64,000 nt of DNA from the human T2T-CHM13v2.0 reference genome, Homo sapiens: the NCBI RefSeq assembly GCF_009914755.1, contig NC_060931.1; one strand, 5' to 3'. The notes below the pieces were generated by a model that was not told where the DNA came from, ran no database searches, and worked only from the letters and a program-made list of their open reading frames with translations. The number at the start of each line of letters is the position of its first letter. The stretch's first letter is position 1. Below are positions 15,548 through 31,240 of this stretch, one piece after another. Made by a program: the position numbers and the translations under genes.

Positions 15548-16148
15548 GTATATAAAATAATTATTTGTAAATTGTATTTGCAAAATTTAGTTCAAAAGTA
15601 AAGTGACTTAAGCAAAGGTAGCTGGAAAATGATGGCAATATTTTAAAGGATCAAAAAATACCAGGACCCGATTCTTCAGGACAAGCTAGGAGTCTTCCCT
15701 TGAAGACCATAGGATTGTTTTTCGAATCACCACCTAATATTGTTGGCAAATCCTAGCCGAGATAAATATGAAAACAATATACACTAGCTAAACACTAAAT
15801 GTGGGTTGAATGAATGAAACAAATAATTTACAATATTCCATATTTTCTTTCAAAATAGACATGCTGATCTTTTAGATTTATACAGTAGAAACTATTTTAG
15901 CTGCAGGTCTTTTTTTAAGCCTGCAATGAATGAGTTCTTTAAATTAGAAAAGGTTATAGCACATTTCTTTGCCTTGTGTAACAAACATGCAATAGCTCCT
16001 AAGTGCCTCTGGCGTAAAAAAAACTATCTGAAAGCCTGAATATATAGGATAAAGTTTTAACTTCTTCCCTCAGAACTTTATGGACAAAAGTTGAAACATA
16101 ATAAGCTAATTCTAGATCTTGCAAATTATCCTGTTTTTATTTGATGTG

Positions 16149-16262
16149 AGATAAATATCATCTATAAATGCATATATCAAATCTGTACATGTATAATCAA
16201 ATCTAAGATAAATATCATCTGTAAATGCATATATCAAATCTGTACATGTATAATCAAATCTA
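16149..16262. repeat. 57-bp tandem duplication (2 copies, 1 mismatch)
   Basis: agataaatatcatct(a/g)taaatgcatatatcaaatctgtacatgtataatcaaatcta twice. Confidence 0.95.
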
Positions 16263-17291
16263 AGAACAGTTTTTCTTCAAAAACTGTTACCACTAGCTAT
16301 TTTGACCTGCAAAATTTGTCAAAAAAAGTCAATTTTAAAACATAAAGTATTAATGGCATTTAAAAAGCTAAGAGTATATGGCAAAATGATTTTATGACTT
16401 CCAAATCTACTAATTGATTGGTTTTGCAGATCATAATGTAAAAATTGTAGCTGTATATAAACAATACAAAAAGTGACTATTCTTAAAAGTCAAACATTAC
16501 AGAACTACTTATAATATTATGACTTTGATAATATGACAACCCAGAAACAATTCGAAATGAACACTCAATAGAGGTGGTTAAGACATGTTTAGAATTCAAT
16601 AATGTATTCTAACAGCTTGCCCAGTTTATCCACATACTCTCCCATCTGAAATCTGATGTACATTGCCAAGTATATGACATTTTGATTGGGAATTAGAGAA
16701 CCATCAAATACGACATAACTGAATTTGAACACTGATAGTTACATAAAAAATTCAAAACAGTTGTAAGTACATGTCCCTAAATGCTTTAGCACAAAAGACT
16801 GTGCCACTCAGTGTCAAGGCAAAGGATTACCTTTTCAGCAACAGTATTTTTGCTTGCCCCCCAAAAACTGAACATGTCTTGTATGGGTGCCATGAGTATG
16901 GAAAGCTTACGATTGTTTCAGATAAAATTTAATAGTTTCACTTTAAAAATTAAGTAAACATGTCTTATGCCCACCACAGTGCAGAAGAGGAGCTAAACTA
17001 ATAACTCTCTAAATTATTAATGTCATTGATAGCAGAGAAGTGATGTATGGCAAATCTTATGGTTTCTCAATAAGTCTTGAAATTCCAATAGCCATTCCTA
17101 GAAACTTTATTTTTCTGGAATGCATACCAAACAAAATTGATAGAAATGCTGCCGTTGAGTAATTCCCAAGAGCTGACTCATCTTAACCATTCTTTCACTC
17201 AGTGATCATTTATTGCTTACTGGCTTTGGGCCAGTCACCATGCTAGGTGCTAATGATACATACTCAGATAAGAAAAGGCTCAGCTCACTCA

Positions 17292-18191
17292 AGGAGCCAA
17301 GATGGCCGAATAGGAACAGCTCCGGTCTACAGCTCCCAGCGTGAGCGACGCAGAAGACGGGTGATTTCTGCATTTCCATCTGAGGTACTGGGTTCATCTT
17401 ACTAGGGAGTGCCAGACAGTGGGCTCAAGTCAGTGGGTGCGCGCACCATGCGCGAGCCGAAGCAGGGTGAGGCATTGCCTCACTCGGGAAGCGCAAGGGG
17501 TCACCGAGTTCCCTTTCCTAGTCAAAGAAAGGGGTGATGGACGGCACCTGGAAAATCGGGTCACTCCCACCCGAATACTGCACTTTTCCGATAAGCTTAA
17601 AAAACGGCGCAGCACAAGATTATATCCCGCACGTGGCTCGGAGGGTCCTACGCCCACGGAGTCTCGCTGATTGCTAGCACGGCAGTCTGAGATCAGACTG
17701 CAATGCAGCAGCCAGGCTGGGGGAGGGGCGCCCGCCATTGCCCAGGCTTGATTAGGTAAACAAAGCAGCCAGGAAGCTCGAACTGGGTGGAGCCCACCAC
17801 AGCTCAAGGAGGCCTGCCTGCCTCTGTAGGCTCCACCTCTGGGGGCAGGACACAGACAAACAAAAAGACAGCAGTAACCTCTGCAGACTTAAATGTCCCT
17901 GTCAGACAGCTTTGAAGAGAGCAGTGGTTCTCCCAGTACGCAGCTGGAGATCTGAGAACGGGCAGACTGCCTCCTCAAGTGGGTCCCTGACTCCTGACCC
18001 CCGAGCAGCCTAACTGGGAGGCACCCCCCAGCAGGGGTACACTGACACCTCACACGGCAGGGTACTCCAACACCTGCAGCTGAGGGTCCTGTCTGTTAGA
18101 AGGAAAACTAACAAACAGAAAGGACATCTACACCAAAAACCCATCTGTACATCACCATCATCAAAGACCAAACGTAGATAAAACCACAAAG
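17292..18191 (+). promoter_or_regulatory. L1 5'UTR internal sense promoter and antisense promoter, CpG-rich
   Basis: YY1 site AAGATGGCCG at 17299-17308, RUNX3-region TGCATTTCCATCTGAGGTA retained, SOX-type AAACAAA motifs, many residual CpGs. Confidence 0.9.
17430..17738 (-). CDS. ORF0: L1 antisense ORF0, open, 102-aa extended variant
   Basis: MAGAPPP...SLISDC...SNQRDSVGVGPSEP...IRVGVTRFSRC inside the track ORF 17430..17807; ATG at 17738-17736. Expression is not shown. Confidence 0.75.
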   Translation of the reverse strand: MAGAPPPAWLLHCSLISDCRASNQRDSVGVGPSEPRAGYNLVLRRFLSLSEKCSIRVGVTRFSRCRPSPLSLTRKGNSVTPCASRVRQCLTLLRLAHGARTH

Positions 18192-19208
18192 ATGGGGAAA
18201 AAACAGAACAGAAAAACTGGAAACTCTAAAAAGTAGAGCGCCTCTCCTCCTCCAAAGGAACGCAGTTCCTCACCAGCAACGGAACAAAGCTGGACGGAGA
18301 ACGACTTTGACGAGCTGAGAGAAGAAGGCTTCAGACGATCAAATTACTCTGAGCTACGGGAGGATATTCAAACCAAAGGCAAAGAAGTTGAAAACTTTGA
18401 AAAAAATTTAGAAGAATGTAGAATTAGAATAACCAATACAGAGAAGTGCTTAAAGGAGCTGATGGAGCTGAAAACCAAGGCTCGAGAACTACGTGAAGAA
18501 TGCAGAAGCCTCAGGAGCCGATGCGATCAACTGGAAGAAAGGGTATCAGCAATGGAAGATGAAATGAATGAAATGAAGCGAGAAGGGAAGTTTAGAGAAA
18601 AAAGAATAAAAAGAAATGAGCAAAGCCTCCAAGAAATATGGGACTATGTGAAAAGACCAAATCTACATCTGATTGGTGTACCTGAAAGTGATGGGGAGAA
18701 TGGAACCAAGTTGGAAAACACTCTGCAGGATATTATCCAGGAGAACTTCCCCAATCTAACAAGGCAGGCCACCGTTCAGATTCAGGAAATACAGAGAATG
18801 CCACAAAGATACTCCTCGAGAAGAGCAACTCCAAGACACATAATTGTCAGATTCACCAAAGTTGAAATGAAGGAAAAAATGTTAAGGGCAGCCAGAGAGA
18901 AAGGTTGGGTTACCCTCAAAGGGAAGCCCATCAGACTAACAGCGGATCTCTTGGCAGAAACCCTACAAGCCAGAAGAGAGTGGGGGCCAATATTCAACAT
19001 TCTCAAAGAAAAGAATTTTCAACCCAGAATTTCATATCCAGCCAAACTAAGCTTCATAAGTGAAGGAGAAATAAAATACTTTACAGACAAGCAAATGCTG
19101 AGAGATTTTGTCACCACCAGGCCTGCACTAAAAGAGCTCCTGAAGGAAGCGCTAAACATGGAAAGGAACAACCGGTACCAGCCGCGGCAAAATCATGCCA
19201 AAATGTAA
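18192..19208 (+). pseudogene. ORF1: L1 ORF1p (RNA-binding chaperone), disrupted by one premature stop at codon 15
   Basis: ATG 18192 reads MGKKQNRKTGNSKK then TAG 18234-18236 (consensus CAG). The frame is otherwise open to TAA 19208 (338 codons plus stop). The 248-aa track ORF from M91 keeps the REKG, ARR and YPAKLS motifs. Confidence 0.96.
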
Positions 19209-19244
19209 AGACCATCGAGACTAGGAAGAAACTGCATCAACTAA

Positions 19245-23101
<3,857 letters not shown>

Positions 23102-23761
23102 ACAATGAGATCACATGGACACAGGAAGGGGAACACCACACTCTGGGGACTGTTGTGGGGTGGGGGGAGGGGGGAGGGATAGCATTGGGAGATATACCTA
23201 ATGCTAGATGACGAGTTAGTGGGTGCAGCGCACCAGCATGGCACATGTATACATATGTAACTAATCCGCACAGTGTGCACATGTACCCTAAAACTTAAAG
23301 TATAATAATAAAAGAAAAAAAAAAAAAAAAAAAGAAAAGACTCAGCTCAGCTTTAAGAGCCTCACATTTGATGGAGGGAGAGAGACATTTAAAACTCTAA
23401 TAAAATTTGATAAGTCCAACAGTTGGGATCTACACATCACACTGTGTATAGAGCAGAGAGCTACAAATAATTAATCTTGTCTCAATATTTAAAAAAACTC
23501 TACAGGGGATATCCCTTCGATCTGGAACTTGAATAAATGCTAGGATTTCATCAAAATTAGAGGACAGTAGATATATTAGACATATATAACAGCATGAGCA
23601 AAGGCATGGTCAAGTTAGAACATCTTGAATGGTCTATGAAGTGTCTTCTAAAAACAATAGTAAATGACTCTACCCTTAATCTTTTCAACTCCTATCTCTG
23701 TAGCCCTTTTGTGTCTGTTCAATTTATACTGCAGTATATCCTAAGAGAAAGGACCATGCAG

Positions 23762-24208
23762 CAGGGCTGGAATTACAGTGATGAAAATGAGGAACACACC
23801 CCAGAAGCAAATTTTAAGGTTGCAAGGAAAAGATGAGAAGCCATGTAATATTGTTTTAAATCAAAATTAGTGCAGAAATCTATGATGAATAAAATATAAA
23901 AATACTAAATAAAGACATGCTGCAATAACCTGGCAGTGTTGCAAAATGGGAGGAGGCCTTTCAATCAGCCCAAAGGTTTCTAGCCTGCACAGCCTCTTCA
24001 AGTACCCTTCAGTCCTTACAATGGCTGGGTTTATAGAGACTGAGAATTGGGAGTAAAGACCTTTATGCAAACAATCACTTTTTTATCGTAAAACTTTTAT
24101 TAATTTTTGTACTTGGTTCAAAAAATAGGATATTTTGATAAATATCAATAGTGGATGAATTATTTCTTTTTCCTCAGGCTCTGATATGGTGTCACAAGGC
24201 AGGCACTG
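23762..24208. mobile_element. MER63-like hAT DNA transposon fossil
   Basis: cagggctgg…gcaaattttaag…aaatcaaaatta.tgca.aaatc.atgatgaa.aaaatat…aaataaagac; terminal cactg. Confidence 0.6.
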
Positions 24209-24906
24209 CACTGCAAGATTCCTTGGCCACCTCTGTTTTTAACTTACTCTAGGATCTGGGAGGAGTCACTTAGCTCCCCTGAGCTGCACTGTTCATACTC
24301 ATTAGTAAATTAGGGATAACAGCAACTACTCTAACAGCAGATCTATTGTGAGCAAAGTAATTTGAAAGAGTTTATAAATTTAACCTACAGCTCAAACTAT
24401 ATCAATTTAACAATTTCCGATCAGTTCAAACTCAGAGACATCATATGCATGTTCCAAACATCCTCTTCCAAATACCACACTATTAGAAATAGGCAACGGT
24501 ACTTTTCCTGCAGTAGCTTGGTGTTCTGAGCATGGAAATGTATGTTTTACTACAAGACTGAAACGATCTGGAGTCCATAAAAAATTATATCAAATATCTT
24601 GGAATTTTTTATATTCAGAGCAAAAGCTATCATTTAAAATTTTACTCCAGGTATGCCCCCTTGTTAGCTTCTATATCCTGGATGTAATATGGGTACCATT
24701 TCATCTCCTCATTGATAAAATACCATGTTACACACAAAAAAGGGAAATGGTAAAATTAAGATTCAGTGTCTGAACAAATGGAAAGACATTCAGAACAGTC
24801 TTCAGAATCAGATTCTAAGTGCACCTGTAATGATTGACTTTCTTCTCTAAGAATCACCAAGTAACTAAATAAGGAATGAAAAGCTACATTAAGAAATGAG
24901 TCTTAA

Positions 24907-24978
24907 TCTCTCTCTCTCTCTCTCTCCCTCCCCCTCCCTCCCTCTCTCTCACACACACACGCTCACACACACAAACAC
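24907..24978. repeat. Compound (CT)n/(CA)n microsatellite
   Basis: Read directly. Confidence 0.9.
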
Positions 24979-25559
24979 ATAATCACTGACCTTTATTTCA
25001 GACCCACTAGAAAGAATAAGTCCCTCAAAGATAATCACTAACATTAGGTAGGCTTAATAACACAATTTAGTCTTTTTAATAATTCCCCTTACTTTACTTA
25101 AACCCTTTTCAGGACTACCCTTGATATGTCTGCATTTGCTAAACTCCTAGGCATTTTAGGATTGCATTTGATTAGCTACTTTCTTCAATTTAGATGTAGG
25201 ACTGGTTTTGTAGTTGTCTCAATAGTATGAGGTTTTCACTTCAATTTTTCTTGCTATACTAAAATTGTGACTGTCATCTTAAGGCATGCAGTAGGACTAA
25301 GTTGTAACTTCTCAGCCCATGTCCCTGGTATCCCTTTGCCTATCAAACACTCAGTCCTATTCATCTTTCCATCTGGCTTCTCTTTTCACTCTACAAATCT
25401 TATTAGCCTTTTGAGTCACCCTGAGTATCTCAAATGACAAATTCATTATCCTTTAAGTATTGCACACTTTACTAGCACTCCTTCTTAAAACTCTATCCTG
25501 CTTCACCTTCTAATGCAACAGCACAAGGCTCCCTCTTCATCATGGATACATTTTCATTC

Positions 25560-25708
25560 TCCATTCCCTCACTCCCCTCACTCCCCTCACTCCCTCCCTC
25601 CCTCCTTCCCTTCCTTCCCTTCCTTCCCTTCCCTCCCTTGCCTCCCTTCCCTCCCTTCCCTCCCTTCCTTCCCTTCCTTCCCTTGCTTCACTTCCTTCCT
25701 TCCCTTTC
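25560..25708. repeat. Polypyrimidine (CCTTC/TTCC)n low-complexity tract
   Basis: Read directly. Confidence 0.92.
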
Positions 25709-26051
25709 TATTTTAACATTGGTGTCTCTGATTGTATTCTCTTGCTATCTTTTTCTTCTCTGCCCTGAGCTCAGATATCTTCTGAATGCCAGATAGAATG
25801 TTTTTATTTGATACAATTTCCTGAAGGGCTACTAGAAATTTTTGATTACCATGCCCACAATGAAACTCTTTTCATTTATGGTGTCACCATTTTCAAAATC
25901 ACCCAGTCATAAAACACTGGCATTATTTTTGACTACTCTCTTCTTTTCTTTATACCCCACATCCAAAAATCTAGAGTTGAATCATGAAGTTTTAATACCT
26001 GTAATACTCCAAATGTCTGAGATGCAGGTGGGTGACAATGAAGTACAAGGT

Positions 26052-26429
26052 TGATATGGTTTGGCTGTGTGTTCCCACCCAAATCGCATCTCATCTCGAA
26101 TTGTAATCCCCACATGTGGAGGGAAGGGACCTGGGGAGAAGTGATTGGATCATGGAGGTGATTTCCTCCATGCTGTTCTTGTGATAGTGAGGGAGTTCTG
26201 ATGAGATCTGGTTGTTTGATAAGTGTTTGGCATTTTCGCCTACTCACCCTCTCTCTCTCCTACCACCATGTAAGAAGGTTGCTGCTTCCCCTTCACCCTT
26301 CTGTCAGATTATAAGTTTCCTGAGATCTCCCCAGCCATGAGGAACTGTGAGTCAATTAAACCTCTTTTGTTTAAAAATTACCCAATCTCAGGTTGTATCT
26401 TTATAGCAGTGTAGAAATGGACTAATAGA
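26052..26429 (+). mobile_element. MaLR solo LTR (THE1D/MSTA-type)
   Basis: tgatatggtttggctgtg start, gaactgtgagtcaattaaacctc, atggactaata end; flanks aaggt/agggt. Confidence 0.9.
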
Positions 26430-27386
26430 AGGGTTAAAGGCAATCAGACTGATTTGATTAGGAATACCCATCTAACTTCTCACTACTTGACATTAGCAGT
26501 TTACTTTCTTATCTAAAAATGATAGTTATATTACCTAGTAGATTACTGTAAATATTAAACACAATAAGATAATATTTGGGAAGCTGAACACCTGGTATCT
26601 GTTATTTGTATGGCATGTCTCTACATGTAACCTATTCCTCAAGTAGGACTACCTAAATGGTCCTATTTACATATATACCTGCCTTTTCTTTAGCCTAGAA
26701 TATCCTTCCATCCCACACCATCTAGATCCTACCTATCATTCAATATCCATCTTAGATATTCCCTCCTCCATGAAGCCTTTGCTGATAAACTAACCTTTCT
26801 ATATTAGTGCAATCTTTCTTCCTTTCAGCACATATATTACTTTGTATTCTCTTTCTTCCTTTCATCACATATATTGCAATCTTTCTTCCTTTCATCACAC
26901 TATTACTTTCTTAGACATATATTAGTTTGTACTACTTGTACCACTTTGTACTACTCTTTATCTCCTGTATTTTTCAATATTTTTAAATTTGGTAGACATG
27001 TTTCTCACCACCATATTTCCCAAGACTTGACTGCTACAATGCTATTGCTCACCCAGGCTATTGTTAATTTTACCATATTCCTTCTCCCTTTATTTGAAGT
27101 CATTTAATTCATTCCAAGATAAAATGGTAACTTCCTTGGAAAACAGTATCATATTTATCTTTTTCTTGTCTTCAGTGCGTAATACTTAGCCTTATTCAAG
27201 TAATGCTCAATATATTTTTGTTAAATAACTTTAAATTGGAGAATTATAAATTGAGAATGAGTCCAATACAGTTAAGAAAAAAATCAAAAACATCTCTTAC
27301 TATAATCTCTTGTTCCATTCCATGACAGAAAATCAGAAAACACATAGAAAAATAATAACTCAATTTAACTTAGACCCATGCTGTTT

Positions 27387-27680
27387 CCTTTTATTCCTTT
27401 TTTGTTTTGTTTTGTTTTGTGACAGGTTGGATTGCAGTAGCATGATCTCAGATCACTGTAACCTCTGCCTCCCAGGTTCAAGAAATACTCGTGCCTCAAC
27501 CTCCTGAGTAGCTGGGAATACAGGCATGCACAACCACACCGAGCTACTTTTTATATTTTTAGAAAAGATGGGGTTTTGCCATGTTGGCCAAGCTGGTCTT
27601 GAACTCCTGGCCTCAAGCGATCTGCTTGCCTCGGCCCCCACAGTGCTGGGATTATAGGCAAAAGCCATCACGCCTGGTCC
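27387..27680 (-). mobile_element. Alu (AluJ-like) with ~20-bp internal deletion
   Basis: Reverse Alu with (TTTTG)n tail and the cctggcctcaagcgatc diagnostic; TSD ccatgctgttt on both sides. Confidence 0.9.
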
Positions 27681-29386
27681 CATGCTGTTTTCTATAAAAT
27701 ACTTTTGCGGAAAAAAAGAGTCAAATGTAACTTTCCAATAATGATGCAGAATGTTTTAGAAAAGCAAATTACTACTCATCTCCTTAATCAAGGACTGCTT
27801 CTTCTAGCCAAGTCTCTCACATATTGGATGTATCAATCTAATCTTGTGCACATGCTGTATTGAAATCATTGTTCAACATTGACCATATTTGTGATTTAAC
27901 TATATAAATTTTCTATTGTGCTTAATCTGGCAGTATCTACACTTTATTTTCTAGTCATTATGTGACAAGAATTTAAAGCTGAGGCAATCATACCAAACTT
28001 GTTCATTGATTCTATTTGCAACAGAGAAAAATGCACTGAATGTTCTGTCATGAGTGACTCCTAAGTAAGACCTTGACTACCTTGTACGCTTGGTGATAGT
28101 TTTACCTCAAATAAGTAAATGTTTCTTACTGCTGAGGATAACGCTCCAACTGGTCTCTGTCAGTCAATTATAATACAAAATATTTTTCAAATTTATGTGT
28201 GTATTTCTGTTTCTTCAAAATGTATAACTCTTTAGGTGATATAATATCCATTTGAGTGCTCTGGCAGCAAGTCTTTAATTCTTAAAGTCCCATTATTGTC
28301 TCCTGCAAGTCTCTAATCATCCAGCATTCACAAGCACTAGCCATGTCACATTTGCTTCTGTTCCTGCTTCATTCCTATAAATTGGTTCCAATAACCTGGC
28401 TTTTGCACTATTGTTTATGAAACACCCATCAAGAAATAATATACCAAAATTGGAGACAGGCAAAATCAATTACTGCATGTTCTTTCAGAGTAGTTCAAGG
28501 TTGTATCTTTTATTAACTTTCTATTGACTAGGCTATTTTACAACTTTGTAGGGCTAGAGGTTATCTTGCAGAAAACTGTTATAAATTCAGATTTCATATC
28601 TGACAGTTATGAAAATAATCCTTGTCTCTACTAATGTAAATAAATGTCCACAAGAAATGCAATTGGTTTTAACCTAATAAAAAAAAGATAATTCCTAACA
28701 TTACAGTGTATTGCTCTGTAGTATATTAACTGGTTTTATGTCCATTAGAAACTCATTTCAGCATTCTTGACAGATTATATTAATCTCTGTACTCTAAGAC
28801 CTTTTTTTAAAATCCAGTCTTGATCTTACTAGTTACTTTATTAATCAATGAATTAAAAACATCTTTGACGCGTTTATTTTATATTGTATGAGTCATTTTT
28901 TAACCTTTTGAAAATTATAATTCAGAAATACCAATTCTTATGCTAAAATTTTTATAATATAAAAAGTATAATGTGAATTAACATCTATTCTGTCCTTACT
29001 TTGTGACAGTCTTATTCTGAGTATTCTCTCTGATTCATTTACTTTTCACAGTAACTCCACAAGGTTAGCCCCGTTTTTATTACACTACATTAGAGAGTGA
29101 AAAATTGAGGCACAAGCACTCTAGCTTGCTGAAGGCTATAAGGCTCTATCTGAATCCAAAATATTTTTATTTGAGTCTATACATTACCTTCTTAAATACT
29201 GTATATCTTTATGTTTCCAAGCCCATGCCTTCCTATAAAATATGTTAGTTTATTTGGGACTCAGGTTCTGTCCTGATCCCTTTCCTTCTAAGATTTGTTA
29301 ACTGTTAAATCTTACTGCTTCCTAAGCAATGCCTAATGTCCAATCTGTGAGGTGACCCTCAAATCTTACAAAACACCTTCTTAGCA

Positions 29387-29577
29387 CAGTGGTTCTCAAA
29401 CTTGACTGTGCATCAGAATCACCTAGAAGGCTTGATAAAATAGATTGTTGAGCTCCATTCCCCAGAGTTTCTGATTCGGTTAGTAGGTCTGGGTGGGGAA
29501 AGAGAATTTGGAATTCTAAGAATTTCCCAAGTGATGCTGATGCCTCACCTCTGGAGATCACACTTTGAAAACGACTG
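29387..29577. mobile_element. MER5A hAT-Charlie MITE
   Basis: TIRs cagtggttctcaaa / tttgaaaacgactg; 8-bp TSD tcttagca / tcttagta. Confidence 0.9.
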
Positions 29578-31179
29578 TCTTAGTAAAGATTGCTAAAGCT
29601 CTTGCAGATTGATTGCTAGTTAATCTAGATTAGGCTATCATCTATTTCTTGATCACAACACTTATATTGCTCACCTGATTTCTCTGGATGAGTCTAACCT
29701 TTCTTTTGCCTGCTTTTCTTATCGTAGAAGCAGTTGTCCTCATGTATGTTATTATTAATATAACCTATAGATGCAAATATCCTGAAATGTGTTGGGGGGT
29801 GACCTCAGTATAGCAACTGATTCTCCCAAAGGCTCCAGTACATAGCCCTATTTGTCACATCTGCTATAGTCTGAATATAGAACAGTAAACATTTTGGGGG
29901 ATGGGGTGAGAAGTTATTTGGAATATCAACTTTTTATTGTTATAATGTCTGCAAATTATTACCCTTGACGACCCTACTAATTACATTGCTCCTACCGCCA
30001 CTACTATTGTAATTGCTTCCATCTGACCCCTACTGATTCCTAGCTCCAAGGCTGCTTCTTCATGACCAAATAGCTTCATGGACATTGTGTCCTTTTTTCA
30101 AAGTTACTTCCTGGTCTAGCATTAATGATTTATGGGATCAATGTAATAATGGTTAAACAGTGATAAGAAATGAAGAAGTTAACAGATTTGACATTCAACT
30201 TTCTGATGCTATTCCACCAGTGTTGAACAAAGGTACAAGAAAAATAACTATTCATTTTGGGAAAAACAGGAGTAGAAACATAAAAGATGAAGAAATACTG
30301 CTTATTATTTATTGACAAAACAAACCTGCTTTAGCAGTTAAGCAAACCAGTTTGTGATCATACTATAGCAGGTTGCTAGGCTACTTTATGTCTAATGCAC
30401 CAATATTGACAGAGGTCTGGCTTGCAAAAATGCTTTTAAACAGTTTTCTATAGGAGAATCAGCAGAGACTAAAGAAAAATACAATAAATAATAACAAAAC
30501 AGCGTTCTGCCATATCATTTTCTTATTAGATTTTCCAATAGCCACCCAGCCTATCACCATATCATAAAACCAAAGTATAAGACGCTCTATAAGTGTTAAT
30601 ATATTTAGAATAATAGTTGGTTTTAAAGGTTTGTTAGATTTTTACTGGAGCTTGCAAGTTAGAGAATCTGTTTGAAGAACATCAGAAAGTGTACTCTACT
30701 TTTTTCAGATGGCTAGCTAGAAGGAATTAACACTGAGCTTTGGTCAGGAATAGACTAAAAGGAAGGAAGCAGTTATTTTTCAGATAATAACCTTACTCAT
30801 ACCTTTCATCAACAGAATGCCAATTCTGACTTTTTTTTTATAGTAAATAAAGAAGAAGAGGCATATCCTGGGGCTCTAGCTTCCTCTGGCTTCTCTCATA
30901 TTATCCTAAAATATCTTCCAGAAAAACTCAAAATTGAGTGGCAATTGTGAAAATGATGTCACACTATTTAATTCCATTTTAAAATTCTCCAACTTATAAT
31001 TCACAAGTTATAAATCTTTTAAAATCTACATATAATGACTGTTTTCACTGGGACCATTGAAGGATAAAGTGGATATTAACTGCTGCCATATAATGTTGGT
31101 TCTCTTTACAATTGGTTAACTTGTGAATTAAATTTTGAGTAAGTTTCCCGTGTTAGTTGTGTGGAGGTGTAAGGAGGAG

Positions 31180-31181
<2 letters not shown>

Positions 31182-31240
<59 letters not shown>

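Noticed and set aside
23334-23640. L1 3' transduction
   Set aside because: The TSD follows the poly(A) immediately, and downstream DNA looks like the continuation of an older L2-like target.
25513-25796. Pro/Ser/Phe-rich ORFs
   Set aside because: Translation of the polypyrimidine tract.
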